Shown here piece after piece: positions 1 to 11,006 of a DNA stretch of 64,000 nt (the first letter of the stretch is position 1; each line of letters opens with the position of its first letter). A program made the position numbers and the translations under genes. Under the pieces are notes generated by a model. It saw nothing but the letters and a program-made list of their open reading frames with translations, searched no databases and was not told where the DNA came from. The stretch comes from Bdellovibrionales bacterium (lineage in GTDB: Bacteria > Bdellovibrionota > UBA1018 > CAIMNF01). The stretch is taken from NCBI GenBank assembly GCA_040380025.1, contig JBEIJY010000001.1:96001-160000 (forward strand). The letters run 5' to 3'.

Positions 1-847
1 AAAAACCCTGACCGCACGCCTCTCGGCGCAAGCCGGAGGCTTCAAATCGATGGTGATCGAGATGAACAAGTACGCGAATGGCGATGTCGAGGCATTCCGC
101 TACGAGGTTTTCCGGGCCCTTCGCGGAAGCCCGAATACGGTCATCATTCTGGACGAGATCGAAAAGGCCCATCCGAAGGTGCAGAATGCGACTCTGGCGA
201 TGATGCAGCCCGGGCAGTTCACCGTGAACTTCGAAGACCAAGGGGGACGAAAGGTCTTCGAAGAGGTGAACAGCTCGAATGCGATCTTCGTGCTGACGAC
301 GAATGCAGGACAATCGCTCTTCACCCGCGAGGCGCCGCGCGCCCAGCTCGGATACCGGCCCGTTCCGATTCCGACCGAGCTCCCGGGGGGTGCCCAGGCC
401 ACATCGGGCGAGATCACTGCAACGCTTGTTCGCGACGGGATCTCGGAGCCCCTGCTCTCGCGGATCGAGGCCGTGGTCGGAATGGCGCGGCCCAGTGCCG
501 GAGAGTTCCGGACGGCGCTTGCACGCGAGATTCAGGCGACGCTTGCGCGCGAGAGCGAGAAAGTCGGAGTGACGTTCCGCCTGAGCAACCAGGAAGCCCT
601 GATCGAAAAACTCATGACGAGTTATCAGCCGAACGCGTCTGATTATCGAGATGTGGGCGCACTCTTGCGCGAGAACCTTGACCCCCTGATCGCACAGGCG
701 ATCATCGAACCCGGGATCGAGACGGCACGGGTGATCCGGATCGACTGGTCCCCGCTCATCAATGTGAAGGACCTTCCGAGCGCAAAACCGTGTGACTTCT
801 TGCTTCGCAAAATCAACCGCCCGCTCGGGGAGCTCGGGCGCCAATGA
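1..847 (+). CDS. ClpA/ClpB D2-like AAA+ ATPase, 5'-truncated by the window edge
   Basis: Frame open from base 2 (KTLTARL..., the tail of a Walker A); Walker B IILDEIEKAHP typical of Clp D2 (AAA_2); IFVLTTN sensor-1. Confidence 0.75.
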   Translation, partial: KTLTARLSAQAGGFKSMVIEMNKYANGDVEAFRYEVFRALRGSPNTVIILDEIEKAHPKVQNATLAMMQPGQFTVNFEDQGGRKVFEEVNSSNAIFVLTTNAGQSLFTREAPRAQLGYRPVPIPTELPGGAQATSGEITATLVRDGISEPLLSRIEAVVGMARPSAGEFRTALAREIQATLARESEKVGVTFRLSNQEALIEKLMTSYQPNASDYRDVGALLRENLDPLIAQAIIEPGIETARVIRIDWSPLINVKDLPSAKPCDFLLRKINRPLGELGRQ

Positions 848-864
848 ATCAATCGGGGGGAATC

Positions 865-1917
865 ATGATGAATCGAATGTCTGTTCGCACCGCAGTGGCC
901 GTCCTGATCGGCGCTCTGGTTTTATCGCAAGGTGCGCTCGCACAAACGCCCGAGGAACCAACGGGCACGGATCGTCTGGCTCTTGCGATCGAGAGCATGA
1001 AGGAAGAAACGATCGGCCAGGACTATGCGATCGAGAAGCTGGCGGGTTCGCTCTCGGAGGAACGCTCGGTCACCCTCCTTGTGGGCCCCGAGGGAACCGG
1101 AAAAACCACGCTCGCCCGGAACGCGACCCTTGCACTTGGACTGAATGCGGTGGAGTTCGATCTCGCGAAGGCGAATTCGAGCTGGACGGAGGTGCTGGCC
1201 GCGATCGGACTCGGGGTCACGAAAGAGGGCACGGACACGGTGATTCTGAGCGGAATCGAGGCCCTGTCTCCCCGTGAGCAGGTTCAGCTTGCGCTCATTC
1301 TTCAAAAACGGAAGTTCGTGATCCAACTGCCTGCTGCGAAAGCGAAAACCCCGAAACCGACGATCGTGGACCTGTCGGCGACGCGGTTTGTGCTGATCAC
1401 CCACGAGGGCGAGAATCTGTTTCGCACTCCGGTGGGATTCCGCACGTCGTGGATCCACTACCCGGACACAGATGCGTATGTGCGGGAGATCTCGAATGAG
1501 CGGATCAAGCTTGCGCTCTCGAATGTTACTTTGGTCGAGCCGCTCGTCGATGCGGCGACGACGATGATCCCGGTACGAAGGCTCAGCGCGGAGGAATACA
1601 AGTTCGCAATCGCTGAAACTCTGGATCGCATCACGATGGCGCTCGAGGAAGAGCTGAAAAAACCGGTCATGATCGAGCGAAAAGAAGCGCTGATCGAGAA
1701 GCTCTTCGAGCGGACCCATTTGGCGAACCGCTCGACTTTTCATGATCTGAACGAATCGATCGCGGAACTCCTGCCCGAAGAACTGGACCCGGGTGCGATT
1801 TCGCCCCGGATCCGCCGCCTGAAGTCGATTGTCCTCTCGTGGTCGGACGAGACGCTTCAGATCTCGGTCTCGCGCTCCTGTTCTGACCTTTTGAAGGGCG
1901 AAAAGAAAGACGACTAG
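865..1917 (+). CDS. Signal-peptide-bearing AAA+ (ClpB D2-like) protein with degenerate Walker B
   Basis: MNRMSVRTAVAVLIGALVLSQGALA|Q signal; IGQDYAIEKL, GPEGTGKTT; Walker B position reads VILSGIE. ORF track start 844; ATGATG at 865 follows a G-rich RBS. Confidence 0.7.
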   Translation: MMNRMSVRTAVAVLIGALVLSQGALAQTPEEPTGTDRLALAIESMKEETIGQDYAIEKLAGSLSEERSVTLLVGPEGTGKTTLARNATLALGLNAVEFDLAKANSSWTEVLAAIGLGVTKEGTDTVILSGIEALSPREQVQLALILQKRKFVIQLPAAKAKTPKPTIVDLSATRFVLITHEGENLFRTPVGFRTSWIHYPDTDAYVREISNERIKLALSNVTLVEPLVDAATTMIPVRRLSAEEYKFAIAETLDRITMALEEELKKPVMIERKEALIEKLFERTHLANRSTFHDLNESIAELLPEELDPGAISPRIRRLKSIVLSWSDETLQISVSRSCSDLLKGEKKDD

Positions 1918-1928
1918 GCGAAACGGGT

Positions 1929-2900
1929 TTAAAACTCGCCTTTTTCGAAGATCCAGCTCCAGATCAACTCCTGGTACTCGTCGTTGACCCCGGCCACATC
2001 GAAATCGGGGTCATTCTCTTCGATCGCCTTGATCATGAGGTCGGCGAACGCCTTGCGCTCTTCGAGGCCGCCCAAATGCCGGCTGAAGACCATCTTCACC
2101 GCCCGCATGATGCTTCCCGTGTCCGGACCGACCTCGCCCATGTACTTGCGGGTGAAGATCGCAAGCTCGGCCATGCGGTCCACGGCGCGGATGCGGTCGC
2201 CCCGAAGCCAAAGGTCGATCGCGTCCTTGCATACCGTCCTGACGGTCGCGACGGCGTTCACGAGGGCCGTGCGTGCAGCAAGCTGGGTCGGCGTGAACTC
2301 CCCCATCATCCGGGCGTAAATCTCGTCGAGCTTGAAGTTCTCGGGGGCGTCGTTCTTCCAGGTCTTTCCTTCGCGGAGCCGGAATGCGGCGGAGGTCGAG
2401 ATCGATGAAAGCCGGTCCCAGAAGGGGGCGCCGAACTTCAGGATTCCGATCATCGTGAGCGGCACCGTGAGCTCGGTGATCCACCCCCAGCCCGAGTCGG
2501 CCGGAATCGAGCCCTTCAGCGCGTGGTTCAAGTACGCCGAACCCGCCATGGCCGACAAGATGAGCCCGTAGCCGCGAACCAGGGTGAAGGTTCGATTCAC
2601 TGCTTGCCGGCCTTGCAGGACCCGCCCCACCTCGGTGCGCACCACGGCCTCGATCTCGGCCCGTTCACAGCCTTCGGGTCGCAGGCACTGATTCAGCACT
2701 TTGTTCGAGATGTTTCTGCGCAGGATGCGGATCATGAGGCGATCGAGCCCGTCCTCGGCCCGGTTCAGCTCGTTCAGAATCTGCTCGGACGCAACAGCCT
2801 TCACCTCGGCCCTGGTCAGCAAAAGCCCGCACTCGGATGCCCGAGCGGAGAACGAGAGCAAAAGAAACAGCAAGACCCCGCTTCGTACCCGATTTCCCAT
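1929..2900 (-). CDS. Hypothetical exported protein
   Basis: 323-aa ORF; signal peptide ...LLFLLLSFSARA|SECGLLL; two internal hydrophobic segments. Confidence 0.65.
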   Translation of the reverse strand: MGNRVRSGVLLFLLLSFSARASECGLLLTRAEVKAVASEQILNELNRAEDGLDRLMIRILRRNISNKVLNQCLRPEGCERAEIEAVVRTEVGRVLQGRQAVNRTFTLVRGYGLILSAMAGSAYLNHALKGSIPADSGWGWITELTVPLTMIGILKFGAPFWDRLSSISTSAAFRLREGKTWKNDAPENFKLDEIYARMMGEFTPTQLAARTALVNAVATVRTVCKDAIDLWLRGDRIRAVDRMAELAIFTRKYMGEVGPDTGSIMRAVKMVFSRHLGGLEERKAFADLMIKAIEENDPDFDVAGVNDEYQELIWSWIFEKGEF

Positions 2901-2994
2901 GATGCCTCCGCGGGCGAGGCTATCAAAAAATCAGGAAATGGGAAGGGGCGGCAGCCCGGTAAATTCGTTGATCGGAGAAATAGCTGAGCAAAAG

Positions 2995-3930
2995 CTATTG
3001 ATTTACCGGGCCATATTTGCCAGATTTCAGAAGATTTCGGTAAACATCCCTTTGAGACTCGCTCATCCTGAGTCTCATGGGATCCAAGGTGGAATACTTG
3101 CTCGAACTCATCAGACGCCCCCCTTCGAAAGTATCAACTGCCTCGGTGATATTATCGGCGAAATATTCCATTGTTTGCATTTTCCAATTATTCTGATTCA
3201 GCTCTCGAAACAATAGAATCACGGATAACGGCTTCTTCTCCAGCCGATTCCTGATGAAAAGCAGATAGTCCGAAAGAATGGACTCCGTCATGACTTCACA
3301 AGATTTCGCGTTTTGATCTTTATAAATACTCGAGAACAACCCATGGTCCTCAGCGCAGTCAAAGCGACTGTGGACACCGAACAAACGCGATTGAATCCCG
3401 TCAATGAACTCCGAGGACACCTTTTCGAGAGGATCCTCGATCCAAACCCGGAAGGAGGCTGCAGGCGGTATGAAGATCGTCTCCGGATTCCGTTTTGCGA
3501 TCGAGTAGGAGCTACTCTCCGCATGCCCCGAGGATCGATCAAGGACGCTGTATCCCATCATGAAATTGAAAAAATTCGGATGATCCCGATGATTCACATA
3601 TTGAACCGTGGAGTTGAAACTACTCCTCCATGTTCTCGAGATCTCGACTCGCGGATCATTTTCCTTCACGAATACATCGAGCTTTACCCCCTCAAAAACT
3701 GCAGAAATCGAGGCCATATTGACTTCAATGACAGCAGAAGTCTTGTTCCTCATCTCGAGGATCCCACCCGAGAGAGGAACTGGCGTAAATGAAACATCCA
3801 ATCGAGAATCAGCTTCCCCGGAGCTCCTCCGGACACTGTAATCCAGATAAACATATCGATTCGGCGAAATCGCACACGCAGAAACCATAAACATCAGTAT
3901 TCCGCCCAAGATAAAATGATTTTTGATCAT
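2995..3930 (-). CDS. Hypothetical lipoprotein, AT-richer than flanks
   Basis: MIKNHFILGGILMFMVSA|C lipobox from ATG at 3930; no recognisable domain. Confidence 0.6.
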   Translation of the reverse strand: MIKNHFILGGILMFMVSACAISPNRYVYLDYSVRRSSGEADSRLDVSFTPVPLSGGILEMRNKTSAVIEVNMASISAVFEGVKLDVFVKENDPRVEISRTWRSSFNSTVQYVNHRDHPNFFNFMMGYSVLDRSSGHAESSSYSIAKRNPETIFIPPAASFRVWIEDPLEKVSSEFIDGIQSRLFGVHSRFDCAEDHGLFSSIYKDQNAKSCEVMTESILSDYLLFIRNRLEKKPLSVILLFRELNQNNWKMQTMEYFADNITEAVDTFEGGRLMSSSKYSTLDPMRLRMSESQRDVYRNLLKSGKYGPVNQ

Positions 3931-4056
3931 GAGTTGTATTTTACAAAACCAGCGGCAACCGGTCAAATAATTCCCGGCAAAGCCGGGGAGGACGACTTCT
4001 CCCGGGCCACTTCTTCGCCCGTTTCAATTTGGCTAAGTCGAGCGAAGTGAGCGAAA

Positions 4057-4284
4057 GAGGCGTATGAATAATACGCCGGACTGAGCGAATCTGATGCGAG
4101 ACGACCCCAAATTGGATTGGGTGAAGAAGTGGTTGGGGCGCTAGGATTCATCTCGGCCGTCCCGGCCTCGACCATGCGGACGGCAGTCGCTACCGCTCCC
4201 GCCGTGCAAAAATGCCTCCGCTCCTGGCGGAGCTTCCTTGGCATTAACGCCCCAACCACTTCTCTCCTGTATCTCCCGGAATCC
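4057..4284. repeat. 228-bp direct repeat, copy 1 (contains tRNA-Gln 3'-end inverted repeats)
   Basis: Matches 5751-5978 at offset 1694 with 5 substitutions counted by eye; contains the 26-bp tRNA-Gln 3' end/flank (4124-4149) and its inverted copy (4248-4263). Confidence 0.95.
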
Positions 4285-4410
4285 GGGATAGAGCTGTCCT
4301 GTGTGTTGAAATCCATTGCGATCCGGTTCGGAGAAACAATCGGTTGCTGATCCCGGCAGATCAGTTGTGAACTGCGGGAGCGGGGTGGGGGGGCGGTACT
4401 CGATTCAACC

Positions 4411-4447
4411 TATGTAAAATTAAAAGCAATGATTTCAATTTTACATA
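4411..4447. promoter_or_regulatory. Palindromic operator upstream of AAA_14/DUF4143 gene
   Basis: Perfect 11-bp inverted repeat tatgtaaaatt-N15-aattttacata ending 9 bp before the ATG at 4457. Confidence 0.6.
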
Positions 4448-4456
4448 TGTTAAAAA

Positions 4457-5656
4457 ATGGTGCATAGTGGAGAAATGGCTCACACGAGACCCCGCCATCT
4501 GAAACCCGTTTTCGAGAAATCCCTTCGTTGGTCCCCTTCGGTGTCATTGCTGGGAATGAGGCAGGTGGGCAAAACCACCCTGATGAAGGAATTGGTGGAT
4601 CATTACCAAACCTTCGATGACGACACCCTTGTGTTCAAGGCGAATTCCGGGAATTGGTCGTTCGTGGATGCTCCCAAAGGAACTCTTGGTCTGGATGAGT
4701 GCCAAAAAGCTCCCTCTGTGTTCGATCGGGTGAAATTGAACATCGACCAAAGGAAGCGCCCCGGGCAATATGTGCTGAGCGGCTCCGTTCGCTTCCTCTC
4801 CAAAAAACAGATTCGCGAATCCCTCTCCGGAAGAACCGACATTCTCGAACTGTTTCCGATGGGCATTTCGGAATGCCATTCGGGGGAACCGAGCCGGTTC
4901 CTGCCCATTGCGCTGAAGCTCGAGGGGCAAGCATTGCTCAATAAGATCGAGAGCAACGCCCGATACTCGCGGAAACAAGTTGAAGACGGCTTCATTTCGG
5001 GCGGATTGCCCGGGATCTGCTTCTTGAGGGATGCCGCAGTCCGAAATGCGAAATTCAGGATCCAAATCGAGACGCTTTTGAGTCGAGACATCGAAATGAT
5101 CGCCCCGACCGATGTCGGATATGCAAAATTGAAGGCTCTCGCCACCGGGGTTTTGAAGGAGTGCGGATCTCCTGTCAATCATTCCCGCCTCGCGAAGAAC
5201 TCGGGCCTTTCGGCCCCTACTGTACGGAGACTCCTCGGAGCACTCGAGGGTCTGTTTTTGATTCGAAGACACGGTCGCTGTTTTTTCGGGACCGATACGG
5301 GACTCACCCATTTTCTGGTCAAGGAGTGGGAACCGGACTCCAGGCCATTCCTGTTGAGCACTGTTTTCATGGAGTTGACCCGTCAGCTTTCTTACAGATA
5401 TCCCAATCTTCACGAGTTCGATGAATTCCGGAGTCGAGGAGGCATCGATGTTCCATTCTTGATACGAGTCCAAGGCCATGCTCCGCTCGCGATTGTTCCG
5501 GACATTACGGAAGGCGCCTCGAACAAGTCGCTGATTAGCCTCACGTGGTTCAAGAAAAAATTCAAAGACGCGAAGACCATCGTTCTTCACCGGGGAAATC
5601 GGGCATATCAAGCCTCGAGCGGTCATCTCTGTTTGCCATACGAGATGATCTACTAG
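4457..5656 (+). CDS. AAA_14/DUF4143-family ATPase
   Basis: GMRQVGKTT Walker A, LDECQK Walker B, LSGS, ESLSGR, GGLP, wHTH-like SAPTVRRLLGALEGLFLI; C-terminal nuclease-like motif appears degenerate. Confidence 0.85.
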   Translation: MVHSGEMAHTRPRHLKPVFEKSLRWSPSVSLLGMRQVGKTTLMKELVDHYQTFDDDTLVFKANSGNWSFVDAPKGTLGLDECQKAPSVFDRVKLNIDQRKRPGQYVLSGSVRFLSKKQIRESLSGRTDILELFPMGISECHSGEPSRFLPIALKLEGQALLNKIESNARYSRKQVEDGFISGGLPGICFLRDAAVRNAKFRIQIETLLSRDIEMIAPTDVGYAKLKALATGVLKECGSPVNHSRLAKNSGLSAPTVRRLLGALEGLFLIRRHGRCFFGTDTGLTHFLVKEWEPDSRPFLLSTVFMELTRQLSYRYPNLHEFDEFRSRGGIDVPFLIRVQGHAPLAIVPDITEGASNKSLISLTWFKKKFKDAKTIVLHRGNRAYQASSGHLCLPYEMIY

Positions 5657-5750
5657 GTCGGGACCGAGATCTAGCGAGAAAGGGTTGCCGAATTCTTCAA
5701 GACTCTGCCCATTCTTCCGGATCGTATTCGGAATGACAACGGATCCGAGG

Positions 5751-5978
5751 GAGGCGTATGAACAATACGCCGGACTGAGCGAATCTGATGCGAGACGACG
5801 CCAAATTGGATTGGGTGAAGAAGTGGTTGGGGCGCTAGGATTCATCTCGGCCGTCCCGGCCCCGACCCTGCGGGCGGCAGTCGCTACCGCTCCCGCCGTG
5901 CAAAAATGCCTCCGCTCCTGGCGGAGCTTCCTTGGCATTAACGCCCCAACCACTTCTCTCCTGTATCTCCCGGAATCC
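5751..5978. repeat. 228-bp direct repeat, copy 2
   Basis: Near-identical to 4057-4284; tRNA 3'-end copy at 5818-5843, inverted copy at 5942-5957. Confidence 0.95.
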
Positions 5979-5982
5979 AGAA

Positions 5983-6055
5983 AGACCCGAGCGCTTGAAG
6001 CCGGAGAGGTCAGGATGACCGCAGGAGTCCTCCCCTACTTCAAGCGCTCGGGTCT
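5983..6055. terminator. 18-bp perfect inverted repeat downstream of tRNA-Gln (terminator-like)
   Basis: agacccgagcgcttgaag (5983-6000) / cttcaagcgctcgggtct (6038-6055), 37-nt loop with an inner GGTCA-GGA-TGACC hairpin; only a short U tract. Confidence 0.5.
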
Positions 6056-6084
6056 GTTTGAAAAATGGAAATAAAGGAAAGAAG

Positions 6085-6159
6085 TGGTTGGGGCGCTAGG
6101 ATTCGAACCTAGGAATGGCGGAATCAAAATCCGCTAGCTTACCACTTGCCGACGCCCCA
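6085..6159 (-). tRNA. tRNA-Gln (TTG)
   Basis: TGGGGCG acceptor pairs with CGCCCCA-ACCA; anticodon arm GCGGA-TTTTGAT-TCCGC; GGTTCGAATCC T arm. Confidence 0.97.
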
Positions 6160-6189
6160 ACAGAGTTATGAAGCTTAGCGGATGAAAGA

Positions 6190-6218
6190 GGGATAACACA
6201 GGCACGGGGACAGCGCAA
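6190..6218 (-). promoter_or_regulatory. Candidate sigma70 promoter of tRNA-Gln
   Basis: Minus strand TTGCGC-N17-TATCCC. Confidence 0.4.
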
Positions 6219-6262
6219 GGCAACAGTCCGCAGGATTGCGGAATCAAAAGAAGAAAAGCGAA

Positions 6263-6580
6263 CTACTCGTGACTGGCGAGCTCCTGAAGACCGTCGTCTT
6301 CGGGCAAACCGGAATGCCCCGAACCGCGCTTGATCTCAGTAAGATACGCCTCGAGGATTTTTTTCTCCATCGTCATCCGGGTCGCTTTGTTCAGCGGATG
6401 GGCCACGTCCTTGTATGATCCGTCCGATCGTTTTTTGCTGGGCATGGCGACAAAAAGGCCGGTTGCGCCGTTGATGATCTTGAGATCGCGAACCACGAAA
6501 CATCCGTCGAGCACGATCGTCACATAGGCCTTCAGCTTTTCTTCGCTGACAGGAAAAACTTTGACTTCAGTGATTTCCAT
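6263..6580 (-). CDS. spoVG: SpoVG family protein
   Basis: MEITEVKVF...LKAYVTIVLDGCFVVRDLKII.G..GLFVAMPSKK...YKDVAHPLN signature. Confidence 0.95.
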   Translation of the reverse strand: MEITEVKVFPVSEEKLKAYVTIVLDGCFVVRDLKIINGATGLFVAMPSKKRSDGSYKDVAHPLNKATRMTMEKKILEAYLTEIKRGSGHSGLPEDDGLQELASHE

Positions 6581-8126
6581 TGCATTTCTCCCCCCGCCCA
6601 AACCTTGTAAGATTGACCTAACAACCGGCAAGACCTGTCTTCTATTATTTTACGGAACAAGTCCGGGATATGCAAATTTACTTCTTGACGAGGAAGTTGC
6701 CTTGACCCTCTTGCCAAGGAAGGTGCATTCTGATCTCAATGAAAGAAATCGACATTTTTCTGGCGCAAATTGCAAGCTTTCTGAATCCTGCGCAAATCCT
6801 GCTCGATCCCGAATCGTGCGCCTTCCACGCCCAAGACTGGAGCAAGATCCTCAAGCCAAACACAAGCGCGGTCGTGTTCCCCGAATCAACACAGGAAGTA
6901 TCCCGCATTCTCGCGCTCGCCCACTCGCTCGGGGTGCCGATCGTGCCCTCTGGGGGGCGCACGGGGCTTTCGGGCGGAGCCGTGGCGACGAACGGCGAGG
7001 TCGTGCTCTCGCTCCTGCGGATGAACAAAATCGGCGCGCTTCACAAGGGCGCCCTCTCGCTCCAGGTCGAGGCAGGAGCGATCACCGAGTCGGTGCATCT
7101 TCACTGCGCGCCCTACGGGCTCACCTGGCCTGTCGATTTTGCATCGAAGGGCTCGTCGACGATCGGGGGGAATCTCGCCACGAATGCGGGCGGGGTCCGG
7201 GTGATCCGCTACGGAAACGCCCGGAACTGGGTACTCGGAATGACGGTGGTTACAATGGACGGAACGGTTCATTCCTTCAATTCGGAACTCGAAAAGAACA
7301 ATACCGGGTATGATTTCAGGCAGCTTCTGGCCGGAAGCGAGGGAACACTCGGGGTGATCACCGAAGCAACTCTCAAGCTCTGCCCTCTGCCCGGGCAAAC
7401 CCTGGTGGCGATGGTTCCGCTTGCGAGTTTTTCGAAGCTTCTCGAGCTGTTCGCGTTTGTCCGAAACCGATTCCCCGCTCTAAGCGCCTTTGAGTGCCTC
7501 GATGCGGCCTCGATGAAGGCGGTGCTTGAGCACTTCTCGCTCCCCCTCCCCGTTCAAACCGGGGGGAAAGTTTATGCTCTCCTCGAGATCGAAAATACCG
7601 AATGGAATGCCGCCGAGCCGGCACTGATGGAAATCCTCGCCGAAGGAATCGCTCCCGATGCGATCCTGGCCCGCACCGAAAAAGAGGCGCGGGCCCTTTG
7701 GCGGTATCGCGAAGGTGTGGCCGAGAGCATCTTGCATGGGCATGAGGTCCACCAAGAGGACGTGTCGGTCCCGGTGTCGAGGCTTCAAGAATTTTACAGC
7801 GAAATCGAAGCCCGCTACGCGCAGATGCTTCCCGGATTCCGTGTGTTCTTTTTCGGGCACATCGGAGACGGGAACCTGCACATCTTCATCCAAAAGCCGA
7901 AAGAACTCGACTCGAAGACCTTTCGGGCCCGCGCGCATGAGGCCGATCAGGGACTCTTCGAGATTCTTCGTTCCTTGGGCGGATCGGTCTCGGCGGAACA
8001 CGGCATCGGGCTCCTGAAGAAGCACGCGCTTCCGTTCTCGCGCTCGCTTGCCGAGATCGAACTCATGCGCGGAGTGAAGAAGGTCTTCGACCCGAAGGGG
8101 CTTCTGAACCCGGGCAAGATCTTCGA

Positions 8127-10724
<2,598 letters not shown>

Positions 10725-10766
10725 ACGAGTCTCCCATACGAATCAATGGCACCCGATCGGGATCTG

Positions 10767-11003
10767 TCAAGGCTTGTCGGATTTGCTGGACTGCACAAAG
10801 GCCATCCGGAGCTGAAACAGCAGGTGCTCGATCAGCTGATTTTCTTCTTCGGTCCGGTTTCCTTGTGTTTTTTCTTTCATGAGCTCCAACAGCTCGATGT
10901 TGTGCCTTGCCAGGTTCAGGTCGGTCGAGCCGGCCTCCATCGATTGCATTCCTTGTTGGTAGACAGAAAAAAAGAAGGTGGTGAGATCCCACTTGGGCAA
11001 CAT
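10767..11003 (-). CDS. DUF1844 family protein
   Basis: DLNLARHNIELLELMKEKTQGNRTEEE...L..LRMAFV motif. Confidence 0.8.
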   Translation of the reverse strand: MLPKWDLTTFFFSVYQQGMQSMEAGSTDLNLARHNIELLELMKEKTQGNRTEEENQLIEHLLFQLRMAFVQSSKSDKP

Positions 11004-11006
11004 CGG

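Larger units (their letters stand above)
4057..6104. mobile_element. Putative tRNA-Gln-anchored cassette (direct repeat - AAA ATPase - direct repeat - tRNA 3' end)
   Basis: Three copies of aagaagtggttggggcgctaggattc (4124, 5818, 6079), the last overlapping the tRNA; att-like arrangement; no recombinase in window. Confidence 0.5.

Noticed and set aside
4124..4263. Additional or intron-containing tRNA-Gln genes (likewise 5818-5957 and tRNA-Ser-like 17217-17364)
   Set aside because: Only acceptor/T-arm 3' sequence is present; no D arm, anticodon arm or complete TTCGAA loop in context.
3963..4350. ORFs 3963-4316(-) and 4117-4350(+), and their look-alikes 4544-5953(-) and 5685-6074(+)
   Set aside because: Shared peptide sequences arise only from the DNA direct repeat; no RBS or protein-like features, and one is antisense to the ATPase.
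4124..6104. Three 26-bp repeats as a CRISPR array
   Set aside because: Spacing is 1694 and 261 bp, the repeat is a tRNA end, and there are no cas genes.
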